Positions 50,822 to 63,480 of a stretch of 64,000 bases of DNA are shown here, one piece after another. The DNA is taken from the NCBI RefSeq assembly GCF_036321535.1, contig NC_087437.1, positions 31,188,001 through 31,252,000 on the forward strand, given 5' to 3'. The DNA comes from Camelus dromedarius. Taxonomy: Eukaryota. A program made the translations under genes and the position numbers. How positions within the stretch are numbered: the first letter of the stretch is position 1; each line of letters starts with the position of its first letter. The notes under the pieces were generated by a model, which was not told the origin of the DNA, did not search any database, and was given only the letters and a program-made list of their open reading frames with translations.

Positions 50822-52966
50822 AGTAGAGACATTTCAAAGCAGTACCTTCCTGTCGTGTTCCAAGCCAGTGGTGGAACTGCAACATAAACTACCCTCCCTG
50901 TCTCTAGCTCAGCACCATATTGGACCACCAACCCAGTAACATTCCGAATAAAATTCCACAGGAAGTCAAAGTTCCCTGTTTACACATCTGTTTGTTTCAC
51001 AAGTACCTTCTAATGAAGAAAAGATAATCAGTACCATTGAAGCAATTGTTGGTGACCTTCCACCCCACTACCTCAAATTCTCCAACTTCTTGTTTTGTTT
51101 TCCTTCTTTAATTTTTATTTTCTACTGAGTTCTAATCTCCTCTCTATAATTTCTTTGTTTCACTATTATTTCTTACATCTGCTTGTCCCTATTGGTGTTG
51201 CCTAAAACACTTCCTAAATTTTCTTTGTAGCTTAAGACAGGGATCATTCAGAATTTTATTCATCTTTTTTCAAAACATTTTCAAAATGCAGAGCCAAATG
51301 TTCTGTTTTACACGTACGCACATTTGTGGGCTTTTCTTGTTATTTTTGTGTTATTCTCACTTGTGTCTCCTATCATTTTACTCTAGAAACTCTTAGTAGA
51401 CAGTGATGCCAAGAAAGTTATCAGTGCTGAGCACACGTGAGGGCAAGTGGATTTTGTGGTTTTGTTTTTTGTTTTATGCAAATTAGATAAGCTAATGGAT
51501 CAAACATGAGTTAAAATAAGTGATTTTCTTCATGAGGAAAAATTATTCTTGGTACAGAAGTTTTCTTAATACTTTTAGTTTTTTTGTTTATACAGCATTT
51601 TACTTGACAGGGAGTTGAATGAGGAAACCTAGAATTCGAAATTGCTTCATAGCCATTACCCCCTAAAGATAAGCAAAAAAAATAAAAAGAAAGCACTTCA
51701 GAAGTTAAAACATACATGAAGTTTTGAGTGACCAAAATTTTCAGTATATTATTGTGTGAGTTGTGCCGGAGAGCCTGCGTCACAAGTTCAACTTCAGTAT
51801 TCAGTTCGATCTGGTTGAGTTAGAGAACTCCGAGCACCGGCCACGTCCCCGGCACCGGGCTAGGTGCAGGGGAGGTGTTGACAGGTGCAGCCTCTGCCTT
51901 CCCCAGCTGGGGGCAGGAGGGCGGGGACTCAGCAGCTGGAACACCGTGTGTTAAAGGTTCTTTGAGAGCTACGCATCCGGTGCCAGGGAGGCACTCGGTG
52001 AATGAATGGAATAGAAAACAGATTAAAAGATGGTGGGGCGGGGGGAACAACTTTTTTCTTTTTAATCATCCAGTATGGAAAGGAAATGAAAACCTGAACT
52101 AGTCTGGAAGCTCCCATGAGAGGATCCCCATAAGTTTTTCAAGAAATCTCAGCAGACGCAGCAATGTTTTTTGTTATTCTCCCAGTTGGCAACACTGAGC
52201 AGATCTTGTGCTGTACGCGCTGGGGGAGGGAAGGAAGAGAGCAAATGGAATCCTACTGAACAGAAGAGTCAGGGCTGAGCAGACAGCTCTGTGATAACAA
52301 AGGAAAGTTCTACGTCACGGGAGAGCGTGGGCATCTGAGGACGAGGTGACGGAGAGGGGCAGGAACAGAGGCAGCGTTTCCGTCCCGCCGCGCGGCGTGC
52401 TGGGCTCAGTCCGCAGTCTTTCAGCATCCTTCCCCCCCCCCCCACCCAGTGTTAATTAAAGCCCCGTTTGTCTCTAATTTAGCACCTCCTAGCCTACTGT
52501 TCACTGCCCCCAGTTTCCTTTTACTTTTTAATCCTCATTTGGGATTTAGCTGGTTCAAAGTTCTGGACTCACACAAAGAATGTCTCCCCACCTGTGCAGA
52601 GCTGGAGGGGTCTGGGGTAGTGGGTTATGGTTGAAGAAATTCCTCACTCCAGAAACCGTCTCATCTGCCCTCCTGACAAGTGGAAAGCGCTGAGGTGGGT
52701 GGGAGACCCGTGACACTCTTCATCTCTGTGACTCAGCTTCATTTTATGTTTTGTCCCTCCTCCTGGTAGATGTGTGAAACCATCTCAGGTGATTCAGGGT
52801 TGCTCCCTGCCCTTCCTCTGTGGCTGTGCCTCTGTTCTGGGTACTTGCACAGTGCCAGGGAGAGTGTGGGCCGGGCTGCCCCAACTCCCATTCAGCCTTG
52901 TCTCCATCCCAGTAGGTCCCACCAGGGAGGCCGCTCTCCAGGGCCCCGGGCCTGTGCTGCGGATCC

Positions 52967-52985
52967 CCGCCGCCAGGGGGCACTG
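52967..52985 (+). promoter_or_regulatory. CTCF core motif
   Basis: CCGCCGCCAGGGGGCACTG matches the CCRSYAGRKGGCRS core without mismatch. Confidence 0.6.
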
Positions 52986-54422
52986 AGGAGCTCTGAGACG
53001 CTGCCGCCGGCTCATCTGACCAGGCTTCCCACCTGTATTTCAGCTGTCTATAGTGAGGCCCGGGGACCGGGGCTGGGGGACATTCCTGCCTCGCCCAGGG
53101 CCCCGCTTTTGCCCTCAGACTCACCGACCCCTCATCTGTCTAGAGTATCTGCCTCTCCCGAGGGCTCCTCTCCGGGACCCACATCCAAGTCTAGTTCTCT
53201 TCCTCCGCTCTTCAGAGACTGTTGTCCGCAGGCTGGGCGCGTGTGGGCGCTCCCTGATCACAGACTCTTCCAAAGCTGTTATTCATGCCCAGGATTCTTC
53301 CCCTTCTCTTCTGGAGGTGAACGTCCCCGTCCTGGGGGGTGTCACGATCACTCAGGGACAATGAGTATTACAGCTCCAGCTCCTTGAATGGGAGGTTCAG
53401 AGGGGAAGAGGCGGTCAGTTGAGGTAGCAGGAAACATAAAGGAATGACGTCTCAGAGAATGTGTCACAGCGCCAGTCCACACAGAGTTCACGCGGTTGAG
53501 AAGGACCCCGAGTTTACCCACGTTGATTCCCTGCCCCAGACCGGCCCTTTCTACAGCATCTCACACTTCACTGACAGGTACCTCACTAGACGCTGGGACA
53601 GCCCCTTTAGTGGCTGGCAGCCTCTTCTTCACCAAAGTCTCCTGGTCAGGTTCTGCCCTGGGGCCCCACTCGGTGGTTCTCTTCCCTGTTCCCCTGTTCG
53701 CTGGTGCTCCTGGCTGCCCAGGCTGCAGCGAGCAGCCTGAAAAGGAAACAACCCCACCCCCAGGAGGAAGGCTCTGGCTGACCCTGGGCAGGGTGAGGCC
53801 ACAGCCCCTCCCAGAACGCAGCTGTCCCCTTCCCGCTGTCTGCCGTGTTCCCTGACAAGCTTCTTGCCTCAGGGACTCCCCACCGGCGCCTCACCACCAC
53901 GGGGTGGGACGGACTACAAGGTATCAAGCCTGGCTGTGGACTCCTTGGTGTTGCTGGGGAGCCTGGAGCCTCTCACCAGGAGCAGCCCTGCGGCCTGGAC
54001 TCGACCCCAGCGGGCGGTCTAGGACAGTGCGTCTGGCATTCTCTACTCACGTGTTTGACAGAAGCTCCTGAGATGACTCCAAGGGGAGAACTCTGCTGTG
54101 AGCAATTGTTAAGCCATTCACCAAATATATATATAACATTAATTAGAAGTGGAGGTAAAATCTGTCACAGGCAGTTGGTTATTAATTATCAGCTTTTTGT
54201 CAGCCAGAGTTTCCATTCTTTCACAGACGCCTACCTTGTCCCTTCCTCTCTCCTTCTCCCTGTCGTTTTCTCCTTTTCCTTAAACTTTCTCAAACATTTA
54301 TTGCGCTTCTGCTGTGTGCCGGGCAGTGTACATGGGACAGGACATGTAAGGATGAACCAGACCCCAACTCTGGCCTCAAGGGCTCACTCACAAATGAATA
54401 TGTTACTGTCAGTGTTGGAGGT

Positions 54423-54938
54423 TGTCTTAGTTGTGTATTGCTATGTAACAAATTACTCTGAAGTGCAGTGGCTTAAAACCACATTTATTATGTCACAGTT
54501 TCTCAGGAATCTAGGTGTGGCTTAGCAGGATCCTCTCACTCCAGTCCTCTTACAAGCTGACAGTCAAGGGTTGGCCTGGGCAGCAGTATCTCAAGGCTCA
54601 GTTGGGGGAAGATCCACTTCCAAATGCACTCACACGCTCCCACATAGGACAGCTCCTCAGGCTGTCGGCCAGAGGCCTCCCTCAGTTCCTTGCCACACAG
54701 TCCTCTCTGTGGAGCAGCTCATGACAGGCTGGCTTCCGTCAGAAAGAGTGAGAGAGGATGAACAAGAGAGGGCAGAAGGAAGCCGGGTCCTGAAGGTGGC
54801 GTCCCATCACTTTTGCTGTATTCTATTTGTTAGAAGCACATCACTGGGTCTGGCCCACACTCAAAGGGAGAGGATTCCACGAGGGTGTGAATGCTAGAAG
54901 GCAGGGTTGGTTGGAGGATGTTAGAGGCTGTCTACCAT
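54423..54938 (-). mobile_element. MaLR solo LTR, MLT1F-like
   Basis: tattgctatgtaacaaattac..agtggcttaaaac..gaagatccacttcca..cccatcacttttgctgtattctatttgttagaagc. Confidence 0.85.
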
Positions 54939-55139
54939 GAACATGTTGCCATAATGTCTTCAAAAATATTTAAGCCTCAGATCACCTGGCCCAAATACAG
55001 TGAGTTAAAAATGTCAATTACCCTTTTTTTTAAGATGCAGTGAGGAAGGCAGGTGAGGAACCTTAAGGAACATTAGAATGAAGCCCGCAAAACAGAGTAA
55101 AAATGGTTCATTATCCATTTCCTGAGTTTTTAATATACT

Positions 55140-55257
55140 TTATTTTTTATTTGGCTTTGTTGTTATTGTTTTATTTATTTTAATGGAGATACTGGGGATT
55201 GAACAGGACTTTGTGCATACTAAGCATGCACTCTACCACTGAGCTGTACCCTCCCTC
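55140..55257 (-). mobile_element. Camelid tRNA-derived SINE (Vic-1-like)
   Basis: T-rich tail plus atggagatactggggattgaac..taagcatgcactctaccactgagctgtaccctccc. Confidence 0.92.
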
Positions 55258-57187
55258 CTCTTTTTCCCTATCTTGCCAAGTTACGTCTCAGTCTGTCTCT
55301 AATGGAGAATTGTGCTAACCTCACCAATCCTGTTTGACTAAGCACATCCCATCCCCAAAGAAGACCAGTGCCAGTGGGGCAAGTTGAGGATCTTCAGCTG
55401 AATATTCCATATTCAATTCAATAGTCATCTCTGTTTAGTTCCAGAAAAACTAAGGCTCTACCACTTGTGATGTATCTACTTTGACTCAATATGTTTGTAT
55501 TCAAATTTCCAACCAGCAAAACCTGCTACCTGAGAAAGGATACACACAAAATATCCAAATGAGAGCTTTCCATTCAAGAAATTTTTTCTTCCTAGGAGCC
55601 CAGTTACTATTCATTTACAATGTCAGATAAGAGAAAGTGAAGGTATTTCTAATTGGCTGCCTTGGGATAAGGCATTTGAGATGGAGTTGACTGATATTTC
55701 AATGTCTGTTAGACCTGATTTATAGGAACTCATGTTTCATTTTAAAAGAGTAATAATGTATCATACAAATGGATTCTGCAGTGCAATTTGTTTAAGATTT
55801 TTAAGAGCATATTCACACTTCGGCTGTCATTTTTGAAGAAACAAATGCAGATTGGAAAGATCTAAATGTTTTATACCAAATGAAAGACATAGCACCAAAA
55901 AATCTACTATTTTTAATTTACCTAAGTTGCCAGCACTGAAATGAGACCCATGTCCCTAGATTCTAACTCAGGCTCCCAAGCATTAATGCAGTGGCCTGGA
56001 AGGCGTCTGAGAGGTAGGTCACAGATGGTGAGACTGAGGTAAGGGGCGTGTTCCACTGCCTGGCCAGCTTCCTCACCCATGTTCCATGCCCCACTTGCCT
56101 TCTTGCAAAACAATTAGCCCTACATATGTTGATCTACCTTAAAGGTTCTTGTTAATTGAAATACTGAAGCAAATTCATGGTGGAAGTTGTTTTTTGGTTT
56201 TTTTTTTTTAGTACAAAACTAAACTAACTGAACTAAACTAAATCATATTTACTCCATAACTCAAAACTTAGAATCTTGTTGCTAATTTTGTCAAAGAGTA
56301 AATTTGTCTCAGTGATCAAAATTCAGTTTGAAAGTATTTGTATAATGTACATGTTTCTTGATATTCACCTACAATCATCTTTAGGGGATTTGATTTTTAA
56401 CCCTCAGAACCTCATATTATATTATTATTTCATTGTTCTAAATTTCTTGGATTTTCACACTACAGAAAATGTGACCCCAAGTTAGAGGTCCCTGAGGAAG
56501 AAAACCATGGAGACCTGTTTTAATACATAACTTACAGGGAGGGGTGAACATGAGTGGGAAAACTCTTCATGCTGTAAAACCAATTTTCACAAGAAACACA
56601 CCGGGTAAGGCAAAGGTGATGACCATAAAAATATAATTTAAAATCTGTCTTCATTTCTTAAACATGATATTTACTTCCAAAACTCTTTGAAGGTGCTTTA
56701 TATTATTCTCTTGACCATAGCAGAGACAGGGATCATCTGATGGTACCAGAGAGTCACAGGGGGCCTGGGGACCATCAGCAATCAGACACAATTAAACCCA
56801 AGCATTCTGATCTTCACTTACTGCCTTTTGTAAACCCAGGATGCACCTATTTCTGCACAAATTTCTGCCCAATGTCTTTTACCAGTGTAGAAAAGAAGGT
56901 CTCAAAGAGCAGAATTTCTCTAGCAATGATGAAGGACCATGTTAGAGGAGAGGTTCTGCGGTGTCAGAAGTTGCTCGCAAGATGAATGTTTTTATCTTGT
57001 TGTCTCTGTCTTCCCAAGTTACAGCAGCAGGGAGTTCCCTGAACTGCCCACTCAGTTGGCAGAATGCCTCTGGTGTGTTGTGATGTGGTGGGTGTTTATT
57101 TGAGATAGCGAAGTGGAAGAAACAAACAAAATCTCCATGCCAAAGTCATGAAATATGAACGTTTTCATGAACATGTACTTTCTTTTG

Positions 57188-57226
57188 CTCTCTCTCTCAC
57201 ACACACACACACGCGCGCACACGCAC
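57188..57226. repeat. Compound (TC)n(CA)n(CG)n microsatellite
   Basis: Directly visible. Confidence 0.85.
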
Positions 57227-57609
57227 TTGTTCTGAAGCTTAGCTCTGGATTCTGTGAGCTAAGCTTGAATTGGTGTATGCTGTTTCTTAATAAACGTGTT
57301 GAAAGTTCTTAATCGTCTGGCTGGTCTGAGAAGAGGCTTTTGTTGCAATGAGTGGGAACTTTCAAATAGAGACCTAGGTTAAAAAGAAAGTCATAGTATA
57401 TGAGCTATAAGGGGAAATACTAATTGTTTTTATGGGCTCCTCAAAATTCCATTTCTTGTCTCTGTATGATGGTGTAATGTTTCATAAACCTAATGACTCT
57501 GCATTGTGTGTCGTACAAGATTCTTACTGTTTTCTCTTCTAGGCAATTTCACATCTTAAAAACTTGCCAAAGCCTATTTGATGCTCAGAATACTGTTTGA
57601 TGCTTTGAA

Positions 57610-59510
57610 TTTTTTCCCTTGTGTTGAAAAATCTTAGGATTTACTCTCTCAAGAACTTTCATATACAATATGCAGGAGTATTAACTATATTTATCAGGTA
57701 GTACATTACATCCCTTGTGCTCACTTATCTTATAACTGAAAGCTTGCACCTTTTCAGTATCTTCATCCAATTCCCCCTCCCCCAAGCTCTGGTAACCACA
57801 AATCTAACCCTTTTTCCTATGAGTTTGTTTGTTTGTTTCTGAGTATAGGTGACCTACAGTACTATGTTAGTTCCTGTTACACAACATAATGATTCGATAT
57901 TTCTACACATTCCAAAATGATCACCACAATAAGTCCAGTTACCACCTGTCACCATACAAAGATATTGCATAGTTACTGACTATATTCCCCACACTGTACA
58001 TTTCATACCTGTGACTCATTTATTTTGCAGCTGAAAGTTTGTACCTTTTAATCTCTCTCACCTATTTCTCTCTTCCCTCCACTCTCTTTCCTTTTGACAA
58101 CCACCAGATTATTCTCTGTATCCGTGACTGTGTTTCTGTTCTGTTTATTCCTTTGTTTTGTTTTTTAGATTTCACATATAAGTGAAACTTGTCTTTCTCT
58201 GACTTATTTCATTTGGCATAATATCCTTAGCTCCATCCATGTTGTGAATAGCAAGATTTTATTCTTTTTTATGGCTGAACTTTATATATCTCACATCTTC
58301 TTTATTCATTCATCTGTTGATGGGCACTTAGGTTGCTTCCATATCTTCACTGTTGTAAATAATGCTGCAATGAACATAACAGTGCATGTATCTTTTCTTA
58401 TTAGTGTTTTCCTTTTGTTTGGTTAAATATACAGGAGTGGAATTGCTGGATCCAATGGTAGTTATACTTTTAATTTTTGGAGGAATCTCCACTCTGTTTT
58501 CCATATTGACTGCACCAATTCACATTCCCATTAACAACGCATGAGGGCTCCCCTTTCTCCATATCCTCACCAACGCTTGTTTTTTGTTGCCTTTTGGATG
58601 GTAGTCTATCACACCAGGTGTGAGGTGATCTCTCATTGTGGTTTTGACTTGCATTTCCCTGATGATTGGTGATGCTGAGTATTTTTTCATGGGCCTGTTG
58701 GCCATCTGTATGTCTTCTTTGGAAAAATGTCTCTTCAGATCTTCTGTCCATTTTTTAATTGGGTTGTTTGGGTTTTCTGGTTTTTTGTTTTTGTTTTTGT
58801 TTTTGTTTTGTTTTTTGATGTTGAGTTATATGGGTTCTTTGTATATTTTGGGTATTAACCCCTTATCAAATACATCATTTGCAAGTATCTTTTCTTATTC
58901 AGTAGGTGACCTTCTTGTTTTGTTGATTATTTCCTTAGCTATGCAAAACGTTTTTAAGTTGATGTAGTCCCTTTGGTTTATTTTTGCTTTTGTTTCCCTT
59001 GACTGAGCAAACAGATCCAAAAGACCAGTGTCAAAGAGTATACTGCCTATGTTTTCTTCTAGAAGTTTTACAGTTTAAATCTTACATTTAAGTCTTTAAT
59101 CCATTTTGACTTTATTTTTGTATATGGTGTGAAAAAATAGTCCAGTTTGATGCTTTTGCATGTAGCTGTCCAGTTCTCCCAATACCATTTATTAAAGAGA
59201 TTGTTTTCCCCCATTGTCTATTCTTGCCTCTTGTGTGTAGATTAATTGCCAGTGTGAGTGTGGGTTCATTTCTGGGCTCTCTATTTTGTTTCATGGATCG
59301 TATGTGTCTGATTTTGTGCCAGTACCATCCTGTTTTGATTATTGTAGCTTTGTAGTACAGTTTGAAATCAGGGAGTGTGTTTCCTCCAGCTTATTCTTCT
59401 TTCTCAAGATTGTTTGGACTATTTAGGGTCTTATATGTTTCTATGCAAAATTTATAATTATTTTTTCTCATTCTGTGAAAAATGCCATTAGTATTTTGAG
59501 AGGGATTGGA
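57610..59510 (-). mobile_element. Older L1 3' portion (~1.9 kb; L1MA-late/laurasiatherian type)
   Basis: ORF2 remnants [30 protein letters not shown]; 3'UTR motifs at 57610-58200; attagtattttgagagggattg near the 5' break. Confidence 0.92.
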
Positions 59511-59610
59511 AAATTAAATGTTAAAAATTCAGTTTCTCAGTAACATTAGCTACATTTTGAGTAAACAATAGTCCCACGTGTCTGGAAGCTACACTATTAG
59601 ACAGCACAGA
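59510..59610. mobile_element. hAT-Charlie MITE fragment (MER3/MER33-like)
   Basis: aaaaattcagtttctcagt..tagctacattt..aatagtcccacgtgtctggaagctacactattagacagcacag. Confidence 0.7.
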
Positions 59611-60009
59611 TTTACAACAATGAATCTGTTCATCTTTTGAGCCATCATGAATGTCCCCGCAGGTGGATTTATTTTGAAGGATTAGAACTTTTGGCAAAAT
59701 GAGGCTTAAGAATTTTTCTTGATTATTCCACATCATCCCTTCATTTAAATGAAAGCAACACCAATGACAAATAAAAAAACCCCAAGCCTAAGGCCATGAC
59801 ATAATTTTGGTTGGTCATTTCTGTCCTTCCATCAGCCGTCCAGAGTCATGTAAACTCCATTTCTCCTATGAGGTTGGCATGGTAGGGAGGGAAGGAGATA
59901 GGGAGAGAGGAAATTGTGCTCTGGGCCCTGCTGAGTGAAGGAGAGTGGAAAAGCCAGAGGAGGAGCCCAGAGGAAGCTGGGGCCAGCTCACCTCGCCGTT
60001 TTCTCACCT

Positions 60010-60046
60010 CCTGCCCTGCCCTGCCCTGCCCCGCCCTGCCCCTCCC
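60010..60046. repeat. (CCCTG)n simple repeat; G-quadruplex-capable on the minus strand
   Basis: Six or more CCC tracts with 1-2 nt spacers. Confidence 0.7.
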
Positions 60047-60229
60047 GCAGGTTGCCTCTCTATCACTGCAAACCAGCTCCCAACAACTTGGATCTTTCAT
60101 TGGAAGTCCCTTGGGAAAGGCTACAAGTTTTCGTACAAATTAGAAAACACTGCATATACCTGCGGAAATGATTGCAATCAGTTATCCTCAATTTCCCTCC
60201 CTCTTTTTTTTTTTTTTTTTTAAGAAAGA

Positions 60230-60420
60230 GCCTGAGCCAGGCTTTGGGTCAGACTTCAGCTCCCCCTTTTCCCATCCATGTCGCCTCCCACGAGAAAAGA
60301 TGGCTCAGTTTCCCCATCAGTGAAACATGGTTTCTATGAGAAGGAAATGAGTCAGTATTTAAAACACTTCTCAGGGGATCTGGTGGATGGAAAGTCCTCA
60401 AGAAACAGCAGAGTTAATCA
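60230..60420 (+). mobile_element. MIR SINE remnant
   Basis: ctcagtttccccatcagtgaaacatgg. Confidence 0.5.
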
Positions 60421-61379
60421 GTAATGTTTTAGGCTCTTACAAAGCTTATTAACAAAGAATGACATAACCACTATACATAAAATATGACTATTTTAAGGGC
60501 AGCACATCCTACAGGACTCAAAAGAGAGAATGCTTTGTATGATTTGGCAAAAAATTATTTATTTTTAAAAACACAGATCTTGGGCTTATTTCATAGGAAG
60601 GTGCAACAGCACTATTCCAATTCCATTCTGAGGAGGAGTGTATATTACCTGCAGACCTTCTTCCGAAAGTGGGTGTTTGAGTCATTCTGTGGTCCACATT
60701 AAAGCTGAATGCAGCCCGCTGCACTGCAGAAAAATTCTGCTGGTGGTCACTCTTCTGCTTTTCTGTATGAACTCATGACTTTTTCCTTTTTTTTTCCCCC
60801 CCAGTTTCTCCTCTTCTCAGCTGCCTCGTCAGCACCCTATGGTCTCATGGGCCTCAGGCTGTGGCTCAGAAGGAACATAAGAGGCCAAGTTCCCATGACT
60901 GAGAGAGGTTGTGACTACCTGACACCTCGTCCCTCCTCCCCCATAGCAAACTGATGCTGGTTCTTAAAGGGGCTTCAAAGGGTGATGCCTTGTGAATAAG
61001 CAATGATTTCCTTCCAGCTCATCAGCTCAGATCAGTGGGCTCTTATTGCCTCGAGATTAGGAAGGTCAGTGACCTTCAACCAAGATCCAAGAGGACAAAA
61101 GGGAGCAAGGACACCAGGAAAGCAATGAGTGATTTGCTCATGTAACATGGAGGAAATAATCACAGTGGTGTGTGCACACTATTAGGTAAAGTTGTGCCAT
61201 CTGCAGATGATCAGATTAGGTAGAAGTTACACATCACCATGTTATACGTAGAGTGTGTCATTACAGATTCTATTTTTGAGCAACATCCTGAGATACTTAA
61301 CAGATATTTAACTGCAATAAACCTTCTATAGATTTGTCATAGTTCAAGAAAAGAGACACTGGGAATAATACTTTGGAGG

Positions 61380-61600
61380 CAAATGTGATGTAGAAAAAGC
61401 CCTGGAAAATACAAGTTTGTATCCTGTCCCTCCACCTGCTGGTGGTGACCTTAAGCAAGTCATTTTTACCTCATCGAAGCCTCTGTTTCCTCATCTGTCA
61501 ATGAGCATCAAAATAACTACATTGTGGTATTCATGTGAGATTAAACAAGATAACAAATGTGGTTTTCCAGGGCTATTCTTAACCTTAAGTGTTTGGCTGA
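61380..61600 (+). mobile_element. MIR SINE
   Basis: gtgaccttaagcaagtcattttacctc..gcctctgtttcctcatctgt. Confidence 0.8.
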
Positions 61601-61759
61601 TATTCATTTTAAATATGTATAATCTTATTTAACCACATGAGAAAAATGTTCGTAATATTTTGTTACATGAAAACAGTGGATTACCATATTATTCATAAGA
61701 TAATCTACATTTTGTAAGAGAATATTCATATCATGGTACCCAACCTGAATTTCTCCCTC

Positions 61760-62800
61760 AGGTTCTAGATTTATCCCTGCAACTGCTCTCTTGACAGCTC
61801 TGCTTGGATCTCAGACTTCCCACGTCCAAACCAAACTCCTGATCTCCCCTCCCCTCACCCCCCATCTTTCCTCCAGCGTTTCCCATCTCAATTAATGACA
61901 GCTAATTTCCTCCAGCCTTCTAATTATACAAGCCAAAAATTTTGAAATCATTTTTGACTCTTTTTCCCTCCTGCCCCATACCTGATCTGTCAGCAAATGT
62001 CACGGGCTCTTCCTTCAAAATATACCCAGATTCCAACTGTTCCTCACCTCCACTGCTGCTACCATCCAACTCAAGCTCCCATCCCTCCAGGGGTTACCGC
62101 CACACTCTCCTAACTGGTCCCACTGCTGCTGCCCTTACGTAGCCTACTTGCAACCCAGCAGCCAGAGGGATGCTTTTAAAGCTTAAGTCATTTCATGTCA
62201 CTGTTCTGTGCAGAGCCCTCCAATGTCTCCCCATCCACTCAGAGTAAAAGCCTTACAGTGGTCCAGCAAAGCTCCCCTATACTTCCTGGCCGTCTTCGTT
62301 CTCCTCACCTCTGTTCACTCTGCTCCTGCCATAGGGGCCCCTGGGTGTTCCTCACATGGACCAAGTCCCCTCGTGCTCCAGTGCCTTGTGCTTGCATCTC
62401 CCTGCCTGTTCTTCCCCAGCCTTCCACGCGGCTCCCCCTTCACCGATTTCAGGTCTCATCTCTCAGAGGGTACCTCCGAGTGAGGTCTTCACAGCTCCCC
62501 ATTTCATAGAGGGCCCCCACCCCCACTCCTCATCTCCCCTTCCCTGCTTCCTCTTTATTCCTGAAACTTATCACCATTTGACATTGCTAGCACTTGGTAT
62601 GTGTGTAGGTGTGTACATATGTGCACACACACACACAAGCTTATATATAATTTGCTCAGTTTATTGTCAGCCTCTCCCCACTAGCGTATAAGCTCCACAA
62701 GGGCAGGAATCTCTGTTTATCACTGCTGTAGCCCCTCTGCTCAGAATGGTGCTTGGCACAGAGAAGGTTCTGAATAAATGTTTTTGGAATAAGTAAGTGA
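61760..62800 (+). mobile_element. L2 LINE 3' fragment (~1 kb)
   Basis: tccaaaccaaactcctgatctccc..ccttcaaaatatacccaga..ctccccactagcgtataagctccacaagggcagg..cttggcacagagaagg..aataaatg. Confidence 0.9.
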
Positions 62801-63239
62801 ATTGTTTATCCATATTCATTAAACAGATGTTATGAGCCCCGACCCTGTGCCAGGCACTGTTCCAGGAGATTGAAGTACTACAGTAAATAAAATAAAGATA
62901 CTGTTTTTATGGAGCTTTATCCATCTACCTATCATCTCTCTCTACCTGGACTTGTCTGTCCATCTATATCTGTATATTGACATCTACATGTACATCTATT
63001 CGTATCTGTCTGTCTGTCTCCCTGTTTAACACTGGAGGGTCATTTCCTATTTATGCTCTTCTGCACAATTTTCTAAATTGATGGGTGATTGCTATTGTAA
63101 TCACAGACAACTCTGTAGGTAGGAAAGAGGAGTGAAGGAACAGTCAAATGCAAAGGAAAACCTTAGCATCTATCCTGTGCTCATGTGAACTCGAACGTCT
63201 GATGAAGTATCAAACCTTTATATTCCTGCTGTTTTTGAA

Positions 63240-63480
63240 ACGGTGTGGCATCAAACTTAAGGGCAAGATTGCTGGGGACAAATTGTCTGGGTTTTAATCC
63301 TGACTAATTACATGACCTTAATTGAGCTCTCTCTGTAGTTCAGTTTCCTCATCTGAAAATTGGAAATATTATCTGCATCATACCTTGACGTGAGGATTGG
63401 GGTAATCCATGTAAAGTACTTACAAAAGCACAGGATGCAGAACTAATACTCGGCGATACGCACTATTACGGGTTGCGTTG
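63240..63480 (+). mobile_element. MIR SINE
   Basis: tcagtttcctcatctgaaaattgga..gtgaggatt..catgtaaagtactta. Confidence 0.75.

Noticed and set aside
52770..53387. 205-aa Pro/Ser-rich ORF and overlapping ORFs
   Set aside because: GC-rich, stop-poor sequence that is open in several frames on both strands; no homology recognised
53845..54525. Longest ORF in the track (226 aa)
   Set aside because: Non-ATG start; runs through L2-like and MLT1 sequence; no recognisable domain
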